Positions 49,676 to 62,642 of a DNA stretch of 64,000 nt are shown here, piece after piece. Every line of letters starts with the position of its first letter. The first letter of the stretch is position 1. Origin of the DNA: Eledone cirrhosa (Eukaryota); NCBI GenBank assembly GCA_964016885.1, contig OZ024740.1, positions 224,316,001-224,380,000 of the forward strand, written 5' to 3'. The translations under genes and the position numbers were made by a program. The notes under the pieces were generated by a model, which searched no databases, was not told where the DNA came from, and saw only the letters and a program-made list of their open reading frames with translations.

Positions 49676-51415
49676 AAGGAGTTGTGGTAAGGAACCAGAT
49701 GGACTATAACGCACCAGAGTACTCAATACTTAGGGTAGTAGAGTGGGTAATAAGAAAATGTATGACCCCAATGGCAGAGCTCAAGCCGTTTTTTTTTACC
49801 GCTATTTCTGGACTAAATTAGAATTTTTAGCGTGGTAAATCAATAGCCGAACTTTTCAAGGGGTAATTCCTTATATGGGAAGATTGTAGTTGTCAAGAGG
49901 ATTGGTCAAAATGTCTTGTAAACACAGTTAAGTCTTTCATGGCAGTGGGTGGGAGGTGGGGGTGGCTGAACTTGCCTGTAGAACAAGTGTTGAAGGTGAA
50001 TTCTATACAACAAATTCTAAACTAGGCTAGAGGAAGTAGGCGAAAAAGGATTCTGGAGAAAATAGACAAGGGACGTTATAGAATAGGTAAGTCAATTGAG
50101 ATTAGAAGATAATAAATAAATAAGAAAAAATATATATATATATAAAATTGGATAGTAATAAGTTATAAAAAGAAATGTAGAGTCTAAAACAGCTGCTATA
50201 TTTAGTTGGTGTTGCGTTTTCGGCCAATGCTATAGAATAGGTTAATAAGTTGAGAATAGAAGATACTAAATAAATAAAAAAAATTTGAAATTATAGAATT
50301 GGGTAGTAAAAAGTAATACAAAATCTCTGGGGTCTAAAACAGCTACTATAATTAGTTGGTATTGCGTTTTCGGCCAATGCTATCTTTAATATACTGGGCT
50401 GGGGGTACTGAGGCTACAAAGGCCCGATAGGCTGCCTCGGGGTAGGCGAAAGGGAAAAGAGGAAAAGGAAGAGGATAGGGAGTGGAAGGAAGTGATAGGA
50501 AGAGACAAAGGGAAGAAGAAAATAGAAAGGAAAAGAAAAGAGGTACATCTACCTATGTTAGCTGGGGTTTCCCCTATCTTGTTTGGCAAGTGAGAAAAAT
50601 GAGGATGTTGCATCCATTTTCTACCCAACCGGGTCATTAGGGGGTTTGAGGGCGAGGTACATCCTACGCAATCGGTGTTCACATGCAGTTACCAGTTCGT
50701 CTTTTTTGTTTTGGAGTTGGTCCTTCGTAAACAGCATATGTTATGTTTCCTCCGAGCATAATTTACACTGACGGCATCCTCCCGTGTAGGAGTTAGCCCT
50801 GGCCAGTAAGCTCCAAGTAAGATTGTATGTTATGTTATTATCTTGGAGGTCCCAGATGTGGCCCGAAAGTGTAGTGGTATGTCGCCGGACCAGGTTTCGC
50901 AACGTATGTCGGTGTTCGTAGAGCCGGGTCTTAAAGTCACAAGCGGTTAATCCCATATAAGCTTTGTTGGAGGTCCTCACGTTGCATTGGTAGATCACAT
51001 TACGTTCTCGGCATCTGTTGTTGAGGGGGCACGTAGATCTATCAGGGAAGTTACACCTCCTGGTCGTTACAGGGCAGTTACACCTCCATTAATGTCTACG
51101 TTGTTTCTTCCATAGGAGTTGAGTTTTTTGTTGTTTGAGGAGGCAATGATTTGTGCGAAGTTGGGTGTGGGGCTGTAGGAGAGTTTGATAGTGTTTTTAT
51201 TGATTATGTAATGGGGACTCAGGAGCTCTCTTTATCCACTTGGAGTTGTCAAAAAGTAGGACTGTCTTCCTTGCATGGAGAATAATATTTCTTGCCTGGT
51301 CAGTTTTCGGCGTCAGTATGGGCGCGACCGATTCGGCCGAGGTGACCGATATTATAGGATTATTCCTACTATATAAACTCACCGAAATGTTTCCTGCATT
51401 CGGCGGTGGATTGTA
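49672..51415 (-). mobile_element. Penelope-like (Naiad-type) fragment: RT remnant, linker, GIY-YIG and long 3' region
   Basis: IILHARKTVLLFDNSKWIK (RT-like, ~51230-51300); NTIKLSYSPTPN; CPLNNRC...VIYQC...YMGLT..FKTRLYEH...W...CKLCSEE...CEHR. Bounded by (TA)n tracts. Confidence 0.8.
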
Positions 51416-51478
51416 TCTATATATATATATATATATATATATATTTAAAAGAATAGAGGTGTAACTCACTAGTTATGA

Positions 51479-52205
51479 TATATTGGTAAACGGAATAGAA
51501 AATGTTGTGTGTGTGTGTGTGTGTGTGTAGCAGAGTAATTCGTGGTAGAGGGATGGTCAGTAGGAATGTGTCTGTAAGTGTGTGGGGGATATCTTTTAAC
51601 ATGTTAAAATATCCCCCACACACTTACAGACACATTCCTACTGACCATCCCTCTACCACGAATTACTCTGCTACACACACACACACACACACACACTTGT
51701 CTTAATAGGCATTTGAACTGTCAACAGGCTGCGGTTCGCACACACATCCCTGCTGACCATTATCACAACAACGAACCTCTTTAATACTACTACACACACA
51801 CACACACATATTTGTTGTGAAAGACTTATTTCTCAGTCAGCAGACACAAACCTACATTTGGCGCAAAATCAATTTTTTACATTCACATGACCTCTACCGA
51901 CCAATCAAAATTGTTTTGACCACAAGAATTTTTGCAACACGAATTGGCGCAAAACTTATTTTAATACATCTGGAGCTACTTTTTTAACATAAAAACAGGT
52001 AGAATTCCCAAAACTAATCAGATCAGAGCAAACATTACGGACGCTCTATCTCAAAATTATTTTTGAAAAGCATTAGAAATGCGCAACCGGTAAAAACCAA
52101 AACTGAATACTAACCAATACTATTACTAATTCTCACTTATTCCTAATTAAACTATTTTTCACTGTGAACAATTTGTCAGCATTTTCTATTCCGTTTACCA
52201 ATATA
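51479..52205. repeat. Near-perfect 190-bp palindrome (51507-51696) inside an element with ~26-bp inverted ends
   Basis: Symmetry centre taaca|tgtta at 51601/51602, with only a 2-nt bulge. tattggtaaacggaatagaaaatg (~51481-51504) is the reverse complement of ~52180-52203. Confidence 0.92.
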
Positions 52206-52234
52206 TATATATATATATAAGTGTGTGTGTGTGT

Positions 52235-52505
52235 AATACCCTTCTGGTCCTGAATGACCATGGGACTTGCACCATGAAAGCTTCCCTTCCAAAGCACAAG
52301 TCTGGTCAAGGTTGTTTGTGGAAGACCAGCACCTATGCATACCGGTCGCTCTTCTCCATGCAACCAATGTTGTCCAAGGGAAAGGCAATGACTGTTACAG
52401 CTATGCACCAGTGATGTACCAACTCCTTTCTACAGCTGAGTGAACCGGAGCAATGGGAAATAAAGTGACTTTTTCTCTCCAGGAATCAAACTCACAATCT
52501 TGTGA
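52235..52505 (-). mobile_element. SINE family T2 copy
   Basis: Reverse complement aligns with 32960-33222. Confidence 0.75.
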
Positions 52506-52688
52506 TTTTAAGATCAACGCACACACACATATATATATTTGTATATATATATATATTTATATAAATAATTTTGAAAACCAAACAATGCATTAGAAAGAAA
52601 ATTAAATCACTAAGATAACAAAAGAATCTTACCTTAGCAAATTTAATGATATATATATTTATGTGTGTGTGTGCGTGTGTGTGTGTGT

Positions 52689-52732
<44 letters not shown>

Positions 52733-55700
52733 ATGTATGTCTGGAAAATTTGGTAATAGGTTATTAGAATTCTTTATGTTGGAAGCCAAGAAATTTTAAA
52801 TAACATGAATTACAACTTTAGTGATGAGATCAATAATTATTTGAATGTTTGATTCTCATAAAAAAAGGCAGAAGGTGCAAGCCCAATATATGAATGTGTT
52901 TATATACTGATTTAGAAATGAGAAAAAGCAGTACCTGTTGTTCATTGTGCTATTAATTACAAACCCTATGCTGGTATTTGAACCATAGCTTAATAAAAGT
53001 TCTTACAGAAAATTATGATGGATAGGTTTTAGATGAATATAAACACTTTAAATAAATACAAATTTCATATTGTAGAATTAGGCAAAGTTTTGGGCAGATT
53101 GGTATAAAAAATCTTAGATAAATTTTTATACAAATATTATTATTATACAAATCATTTAAAGTATTTTATTTTGCCTATTGATTTAAAACAAAATAAACTT
53201 ATTTCACTTTGAAAATCATTCTTTGATAAGATTGGAATGCTACAGAAAATTTCACATTATTTGCTTTTATATGAAGGAGAAAATCGCTTATGGGAAACAT
53301 ACCTTATTCATCAATCAGATATATATATATATATCAGTTTATTTCTTTATGGATATCATTTGAAAATGATTGCCATTCTTTACTCTTATTGCTTTCCTTT
53401 TTGTATTCTTCCTTTTCAAGAATTTCCTTTCTATGTTACTTCTTCAAAAGCCTTAGCAAGAACTGAAATTCTCTACAAAAAGGAATCTGAGTAACTTTTT
53501 TAAGTCTGTTTTTTTGTATTGAAATACTGTGTATTGATTTAGTCTGTCTCCCCAAAACAGGTGTTTCACTGGTGAGTTTTCTTCCTAACATTAATCCTTT
53601 GATCAGAAAATAAAGCTGGTTCCTATTTTCTAACTCAGAAATTTGTAATAAACAAAACAGAAAAAAACATTGTTTGACGTTGCTTGAAGAAAGATCTGGT
53701 TATATTCTATCCATTAGATCATAGTAGCTTCAGATTATAACACATCTTTTTATTTCTTCATCTCAGATGATCATGTGAACTCTGGTAGTTTCGCAATTCC
53801 CCAAGGAGTATAGGTTAAGGATAAGTAAACAGGATTAGACTAATTAATATCAAATTTTCAACTGTTTCAGCTGATGTTTGTGAGATAATGTGAGTAGAAA
53901 GTGAATTAAAGATGAATGCAAGCTGAGATCGATTACTTTGAGTAAATAATTTATTTAGTGATGGGTTTGCTTAATCAATGTTGACTGATCAAGCCGACCC
54001 ATGGTTAAAGGCACATTCATCTTTTAGAGGTATGTAACATTATATATTAGGCATAGAATGGTTGACTGTTTAAGAAATTCACTTCACAATCATGAGATTT
54101 TGGCTTTAATCTCACTGTGTAGTAATTTGGGCAAATGCCTTTTACCGTGTCATTTGTTTGACCCCAAGTCATGTGCGTAAAATTGGGTAGACAGCAATTG
54201 TTTGGAAGTGTGTATGTATGGACTGCAGCTGTAATGCAAAGAGCCAGCTTTGTCATACACAACATTATGCTGAAGCTCAATGAGAATTATACTAAGTTTA
54301 CATGTGCTTGTGGAATGCTTAGCGACACACACATAAATTTAATGAGTAGGTATTCTGTTGATGAAACAACAGTAACACAAATCATTAAAAAGATGGATGT
54401 CTATTTACCATATAAATCAATTTGTCATTTCTTTATTTTAGAGAATGTGGTTTTATTTGAGGTTATTTGTTGCAGATAAATTCATCGCATAAAGGTTTAC
54501 TTATTGGCTTATGAAGCACTTTATTGATCTTCAAAGGGAAGTGCAGATGTACTGATAATATAAAGAAAGATAAATTCATGGAGAGAAATTTAGTTGGGAC
54601 TCAAAGACTAAATGAAATTTGATGAACTATCAGGAACTATCAGGAAGAGTGAACTATTTTATTAGCAATAGAAGAAAAGTCAGTGAGAAGATAGTTCAGT
54701 ATGTCAGTTATAAAGTTAAAGTTTATCCAATTCCCAGAGGTTTTCATGCTAGAGCTTGTCTTTGTTCCATTAAAGATTAATAGTACAAGATTTACTCCTA
54801 TACTGAATGTTTATTGCATAGATAACCCCCAGTTGCAACTGGTACTGAGTTTTAGAACTGAATGAACTAGAGCAATATAAATTGAAGTGTCTTGACAAGG
54901 ACACATTGTGTCACCTGCACTGGGAATCTAACCCATGGACATACAAACACCCTAACCACTCAGCCACTCTATTGCTTGTTCAGAATTCTTTATCTGGTCT
55001 GTTGATCTAAAGGAAATTTAATACTATTTTAGTTAAACTAGCTTTTATCTGTTGTTCCGATTAGTATTGTCTCTGTATTTTTAAATCTGTCATTGACAAA
55101 GGATTTAATATCTAAGATACATTTTTAATGAAGTAAACTGTTGAACTTAGAAAACTAAATGATATTAATGTAGAGGGGAGACTCATTTCTTTTATATCAT
55201 CACAATCATCATCACCATCAACATTATCATCATCATCATTCTCATCTTCCTCACCCACCACTATCATTACTACCACCACTACCACTCTCATCATCACCCT
55301 CACCACCTACAACCTGTTTTTCTTTATATGTTTAGCTATGGCTTTGTTATGTCACCAAATATCTTTTCTCTCCACCAGTTTGTGTCTGTATCTGTTATAT
55401 GTTTTTTTGTTAGTTTCCCATAAAGCTTAACTTTCTTAATTCAGATCTATTTTATATTAAAACTGTTCTGGTTTCTAAATTTCTCTGTGTTTTTGTTTAT
55501 AATAAATATTATCGATAATGATGATAATGATAATAGTAATTGTGTTGCAGAGGAGACAAAGATAATGTATTTCATTAATTCTACATTTTATTAGATACTA
55601 AGGAAGCAGATAATTGTTTCTTCTCGTTATGTTAAATTATTCATTATCATTCAGTTGGATTCTAGAAGATGCTGCCATCAACAAACTTTATCTTCACCAC

Positions 55701-57148
55701 TTAGTCTTTTAATATTCTATGCATTTAACTAGTGTTTGACCATTTAATTATCTTCCTTTATCCTCACATAGTCAAGATGTCTGAAACTACTTTATTACCA
55801 TGTCAAGTGGATTTTCATAATTTGTCTGTATGTTGTTTTTAATATTTATTTTTTTTTTTTTGTTGTTAATCAGATATTTTTTTTTTTAATAACATTATTT
55901 ATAAGAATAACACATTAGGCTTTATAATTATGACATTGATTTTAATTCTGTTTTCTAGTGGTACTTTATCCCATTCTAGCCTCACTTAAGTAAGAAACAT
56001 CCACAGTAATGTTTAGTCAATTCTTAAAATAATATCATTATTGTGTACCAAGAAATAAAAAAGATAATTAACTAAGTTTTAATCATAATCAAAACTTTAA
56101 TTGTTTTCTCTTATTTACAATGACTACTCATTCCATTCTACATCATATGAACTTGGATTATTGTCTGTTCTTCAGAACATAAAGTCCAACTTTTATGTTT
56201 TCATAGGAGGCTCATAATTTAAAAACGATAAATACATCTATATTAAATTTCTTTGACCTTTAATAACTGCTGTATTAAGATTAAAGTTTTTAAATTAATT
56301 ATAATGCCAAAGAAATACAAGTCATGCAATTTAGAATAACCCTTTCAGTTACATTCTACCTCATATAAGACATATTTAGCGACTGCTATATGTTCGCTCT
56401 GTAAACAGAATTATAGGAGCGATTTGATTCTGATGCACGGACAAAAATACGCAAAACTCAGAAAGGGAAATTTTACTGTGTAAAAAAAGATAAAATAGGT
56501 ATTAAATGTTGAATATATGGATATCCTGTTATAGTTAATTATTACTTACCCTCTGTCCTCTGATAATAGGGCTGAAGACAGGTGAAACTAATTCTTCTTG
56601 TCAGTGCAATTTGATGTTGAAAGCTGAAGATTGATATTCTTTTTATCAATTTATGTCATGTAAGATGGATTTTTACATAATTTTCTGTGGGTGTCTGTGG
56701 CTTCCTAATTATACAGAGGATTCAAAAGGGTTTTTTTTGTTTGATTTTGCATATTGAGCCAGCAATATATTCAATGTTTTATGTATTGATGTATAGACAA
56801 ATATCTTCATGGCTGCCTCATTGTTTGGTGGAAATCATCCCTATAAGAGAAACGTTTTTCCATTTTACTGTGGAATCAAAGCTGTTGTACAGGTCTCTTG
56901 CTTCGAGATTCATGAACCTACTGAATGCAAAGTCTGGTAGTGTATACACCCTGATATCTCCTAGAAAGAGAATTTGACCAAATAATGATTGAATGGCAAT
57001 AATTCTGCAGTCCTTCGGGTGATGTAATTTGTAGGAAATAGGCAGGCATGGAAAGTTGTGCAAGAACCCCTAGGAACCCTGTGACATGGATATACACAGG
57101 ATTGCCATCCAATCCACCAAAAGCCTTCATTCAAATTTATCCCAATAC

Positions 57149-57500
57149 GTCTTCTTCTTCTTCTTCTTCTTCTTCTTCTTCTTCTTCTTCTTCTTCTTCT
57201 TCTTCTTCTTCTTCTTCTTCTTCTTCTTCTTCTTCTTCTTCTCACTTATTCCTGCAAGGGTCATGGGGGAAGAGTCCTCAAACACTCCTTCCAGCAGGTC
57301 CTGTCAGAAACAACCATCTCCAACTGATCTGGATGCCCAAGCAAGACCAGCCAAGCTCATGGATGTTATGCAACCATCTTGCTTGGGTCGACCCCTGGGT
57401 TTCCTGCCAGTGGTTTTTTTTTCATGCAATCTGTCCAGCAATTCTTCCCTGTGATATTCTAAACACATTCCCATAGTATCGGAATTGTCATCTCTCAATT
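57149..57500 (-). mobile_element. (TTC)n microsatellite 57149-57241 abutting the 3' end of a decayed LINE (RTE-like)
   Basis: About 31 TTC units. The minus-strand translation TGRKPRGRPK resembles RTE C-terminal G-R-x-RGRP motifs. Confidence 0.6.
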
Positions 57501-58985
57501 CAGAGAAGTAGCAGTTCTACCTGGAGCAACTCTCTGGTCACTGGGATATGCACTCTGATGAGTAAATTACCAATCATGTAATGACTTTATTGGTAATTTA
57601 TTTTATGGACCTTGAAACGATAAAAAGTAAAATTGACCTTGGTAGGATTTGAACTCAGAATATAAATGCCTGGAACAAATTGGCAATGTTAACGTATTCT
57701 ATTCTTTGTATGTTTACTTACAGTTATATATCTTTCTTAAACATTATATATGAAAAATATCAAAAATTGTATTCAGGATGTTATGAAAAATGGAAAGTTT
57801 AATTTTTATAGGATTTTATAAATACGGAATATCTTAAGGTTTTTAAGGATTACTTCAATGAATTTTGATGATTTACCTAAAACAAATAGTTATTCAATGG
57901 TTTTCTGTTTATTTTAATATCTAAAAGTAAAAAAGAAAGAAATCATCAAACTGCAAATGGAATGTTCCTTAGTGGAGGTATGCAATAGGCATACCTTCAC
58001 CATGAATAAAAGTTAAAATTACAATAAACATTTTTGCCTCTGGAAATATTGCTATACAGGTTTAAATCAAATTGAAACCTTTATGCTTTTTAATATTAGG
58101 AATTCAATTTTTCCTGAAGCTATTTCTGTGTTACTATTACAGGTTTGGATAAAATGAAGCATTCCTCCATCATGTGCATTACATATATATTTCAATTAAA
58201 CTATGACTCATAAATTCAAATGCAATATTTGGAAAAGGTATAAAGCTAACAGATTTGATAATGAAACTGAGTGTCAACATCCTTACTGAACTTGTGTTGT
58301 AAAGATTTATGATAGCAAATATGGAGCTCTACTTGGTGTCATGGTATGAGATAGGTAATTCTGAAATTCCTATCATACCTAGTCAAAAATATTTAATTAT
58401 TTCATTGAATTGGGATCATTGGAAACAGCATATAACAGAGTTGCTTATTATTGAATGTCCATAATTTACTTATAGGGAAAATACATAAATATAATAATAC
58501 ATATATGTAGATAAGTACCTACACACATAAATGCTAACATGCATAAATACATACATGCATGCAGTCAAATCCACAATAAAATGCAAAGAAAACAAACCAG
58601 CCATAGTGATATGGGACAGAGAAAAGAAGATATTCACAACAGAAATAAGCTGCCAAGCAGATGACAATATAATGTGAAAAGGAGAACATTTGGGATGAAC
58701 TAATGAGGTATCTGCAGATACTTCACCCTGACTTTACCTTGGGTGTGTTACTAACTGCATATATACACAAGTATAGATGCAGAAATATATGCATGTTACA
58801 TATAACTCAAATTATACACATGCAATAACACCCAACCTGCATATGCTAACACACAAACACATACAGATATACGTATTTACCTTGTTGATTTTTATATAAA
58901 TTCCAAAGAAAGAGTCTTGTTTCTATGCTAGAAATCGACTCTATCAGTGAAAATATATAAAATAATATAACTAGAAGAACATATA

Positions 58986-59594
58986 TGGTGGCTGCCAACT
59001 CGTTTTCGAGTACGGCCATTACTTTATATCCATGTAGAAGAACCCCTACTGATGCGCTGAACAAGTGTGACTTTTTAGTCCAGCCAGCGACTAGAAAACT
59101 CTGGTACAAACACTACACTTGTGACAATTATTGACACATAGTGCTGGGCCCATGGTACCATGTGACGACAAGTGCAGAGAGATCTCCAGATATAAAGCAA
59201 TGCCTGTGCCGTGAAGCTTTTATAGTGAGCAAAGGCACTGCACAAAGCCAGTCCCACTCTCTTAACCAAGATGATATTTACCAAAAAGAAGAACAAGTCA
59301 ACATCATTGGATACCATCAGAGTTGCAGGTGTTAAATCAGAGTTTTCCTTCTCCTAGATTCTGCCTTGACAAAGGCTAAGGGGTCATCTCTCCCGGTGAT
59401 TTTCGATGGCCATTGACTCTTAAGAGCTCCTTTTCCCTTTGACAGGTTTTGTTTTTAGTCCTGCAGGATGTCCAAAGTCACCCTCCTCACCAAGAAACCT
59501 TGGTGGGGTTGCCAGTTTAGTCGCTAATGACCCGACCATGAGACAGGTTGTACTGGCATACATGTTACCAGTAGCACCAACTGGTGACCTGACA
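58986..59594 (-). mobile_element. ~610-bp non-coding element, copy 2
   Basis: Aligns end to end with 11348-11958. Confidence 0.9.
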
Positions 59595-60084
59595 TAACAT
59601 ACATATATACATACATACATACATACATACATACATGTACATACCCATTTCTATATCAAATATCATTTCAACTTTCAATTTCTCCAAATAGCTTGAGAAT
59701 GAAGGACATAATCACACAGATTAACATCCCTTGATCCACTATGATTTATAGAGCACAGGCTTTTATCCCCAATCCTCAGAAAATGGAAGATGCTTCTTCT
59801 GTACTCTATGTTTATGCTGCAGTCAAATGAATGTTAACTGATGAATTTCGAATTAAGTGTTAGTGTCCAATTAAAACTTATCACAGTCTGTCTGGTCCTA
59901 CATGCTTAACACACACTTACACACATTCACATACTTATACATAGATATAAATATATATATATATATATATACACACATGCATACATTCATACATACATAC
60001 ATACATGAGGATTGCAGCGTCTTCACAGATGATTGCCATCTCTTATTGATTCTTCATCGTCATCCCATCTGTGTCCATGCTACC

Positions 60085-60225
60085 AACATCTTTATGGGTA
60101 AATCTGCCTACAATCTCATGAAACAACTTTCAGTCTCTGGGAAGACAATGATCAAAGCCCTAAAGGCAATATCAGAGGCAGTAGAAGAGAGTTCCAGCTG
60201 GATCTGGTTGAAGAGGAACAAAAAG
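60085..60225 (+). mobile_element. C-terminal remnant of an RLE non-LTR element, Hero-like
   Basis: FMGKSAYNLMKQLSVSGKTMIKALKAISEAVEESSSWIWLKRN resembles the ...AE.AE..S.W.WLKR C-terminus recalled for Hero-clade elements. Confidence 0.55.
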
Positions 60226-61429
60226 ACTTCCATCCCACATGAAAGGCATCAAGTTTTTATTTTAATGCATGCCATGAGAGTAACTCTGAATCAGTCGTAG
60301 TTTGTAATGATGACGACAGTATGTTGACAACTTACCCCTACCATGACTACCAATGTTAATTTCCCATTCAAGAAAGCATTTAAATGTAAATTTGAAAGCA
60401 GAGGCAACAGAAAGTAGCTCCAACTAGACCCTTTCAATAAAATATCCAGACATTTTAAATACACAGAAAATGATTTCCAAATGGCTAAATGTCAGCAGAG
60501 GGGCACACAGGAATCATGACTTGGATTTGGCCCGATTTCCTTAAAGTGTAAGACGTTAAGAGCTGAAATACTCTCTTCAGGGATATTTTTTTCAGAAGGC
60601 CTCCTGCTGTCCAGTTCTCCTGAGAGTTTTTTTGTTTTTTTACCACCACATATATATATGCATATTTACAAACACACACACACACATGCATAAATATCCC
60701 AGCTTGTCTGTGAAGTCAATCCATACTATTTAGAATTGGTCAGTAAATGATGATGGTCATAATATTTGTTATATTATAAAGCTACTCTTCTTAAATTTGA
60801 TCATTTTTGTTAAATATATTTCATATCACTATGTCTTGTCTGTTATCTTTACATATTCTTGGGGTTCTGACTGGAACATTCCACCAGTATTCTTTCATAT
60901 TTTCTTTGCATATGTCCTCCACATCACTGTAATATGTTATATGTTTATTCTCAGGACTATCCTTTCAATGAATTACATTTTTTAGTGGTTTGGCCATTAC
61001 ATCATGCCTCATAGGTAGACAGTATTGTGATGATCTTTGATGTTTGTTCCACGGATTCTGCAACTATTGTGATATGTAAGTGCTTTGACTGCATTCTCCC
61101 ACCTCGAACAAAATATAACTGAACCTGAATTTGTGAAAGAAGAACGTTGCTCCTTAATTCATATATACGAATATCTGAAACCTTCAACATTTGTAAAGCA
61201 TTCTTCAATTCAAAGGATAAATGCTTATACAAGTGATGATAACAATTTCCTTTCTTTGCAACATTGCCACCAGAAAGGTGCCTGGTAAAAAATACAATCA
61301 AAATTAAGAGAGAGATAACATACACTTAGACATATATACCCACATACAGACATACTTCCATACATACATACAAATTAAGCCACACACATTGTTAATGTTA
61401 CCTGTAGAGCATGGTGGTAGAACGATCTC

Positions 61430-62000
61430 ATAAGTGTCTTGATTTCTCCCTGGTTCATCTGACTTCAGAGGGTTGACAAACGCAGTTCTTGATAGAAAAA
61501 TTCGACCACACAAATTGCATCTTATTCATATTGGATTTTTGCAGGAACTGCACTTACGACCCACTTATGGAGAGAATGCTGCAAAGCAACATGCTGCACT
61601 TGATTCTTCTCAAAGACATCACAACTAATCTTGATTATCATTTTCCATCATATATGGCCTTCAGCCAATGCCTTCCATTTCTCCATATCAATCTTTAGAG
61701 CTTTAAAACTGTCTTTTATGACATCCTAAACTGCTTCTTTGGTTTATGCTGTGGCCTTTTTCCTCTGGTCAGCTGCTCCTAAAATAATTGTTTAGGCAGT
61801 CATCCATCTTCCAACCTGACTATACTATAGGACCAGCCCAATGCATCTAGTTCATAATAAACCTCATACCAATACTGATGCTATATTATGTATGTAAGAG
61901 GACCACTTGATGTTCAGAATACGCCAGATACAATGCTAATGAAACCTTTCCAGCTGCTTGACATGATGCCTGTAAGTTGCCCACATTTCATAGCTGCATA
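61430..62000 (-). mobile_element. Highly decayed RTE/BovB-like LINE C-terminus
   Basis: Minus strand gives WAG..VRLEDG*LPKQLF*EQLTRGKRPQHKPKKQF and a terminal C-x2-CGRIFLSRTAF finger-like segment. Confidence 0.65.
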
Positions 62001-62580
62001 ACAAGGCTGTAAGATAAAATCTCAGTTAAGAGGGGATGATCATGTTTCTAGGATAAATAATGAAAGACTGCTGAAAATTCTCACTTTTGGCAAACTTCAG
62101 GTAGTAGAGTAAATGTAGAATGATCTCTTCTTGTATAGAAGGATGAGCTGGAGTATAATATCAAGCATAATGGAATACAAGCATCAAAATTTGAGTAACG
62201 CACTGCTTACCATGATAGGTGGATAAATATCTGTCAAATTGGCATCAAGAGCTATGTCAAAACAAGGATTGAGCACTTCGGTAATCTAATGCAAGGTGAA
62301 AAGAATGCAGTTTCTGTTCAACATGTTGTGCGAAGGATGTGGACTGGTTTGCATGAGCAAAGCAAGTTTAGTGTCTCACAGAAGAGATGCAAACACTAAA
62401 ATATGGAGTAAAAGGGAAGTAACATTTTTTTGGCCCTCATGCATCGAACATGATGAGAGAGTCCATATATGTGTATGTACACACACAGACTCAGAAACAT
62501 ATCCTTACAATTTGCTGTATTAACTAAGCTTGCGGATATATATATATAATGGGCCACAATTAACAAATTAAGTAAAACCC

Positions 62581-62638
<58 letters not shown>

Positions 62639-62642
<4 letters not shown>

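Noticed and set aside
50640-50760. Selenocysteine read-through in the GIY-YIG ORF
   Set aside because: The interrupting codon is TAA at a non-Cys position, so it is an ordinary nonsense mutation.
57972-58000. 12-bp hairpin gtggaggtatgc-aatag-gcataccttcac
   Set aside because: Isolated, too short for a pre-miRNA, and no supporting context.
59075-59335. Small protein encoded by the 610-bp element
   Set aside because: ORF lengths and stops differ among the three copies, and there is no recognisable domain.
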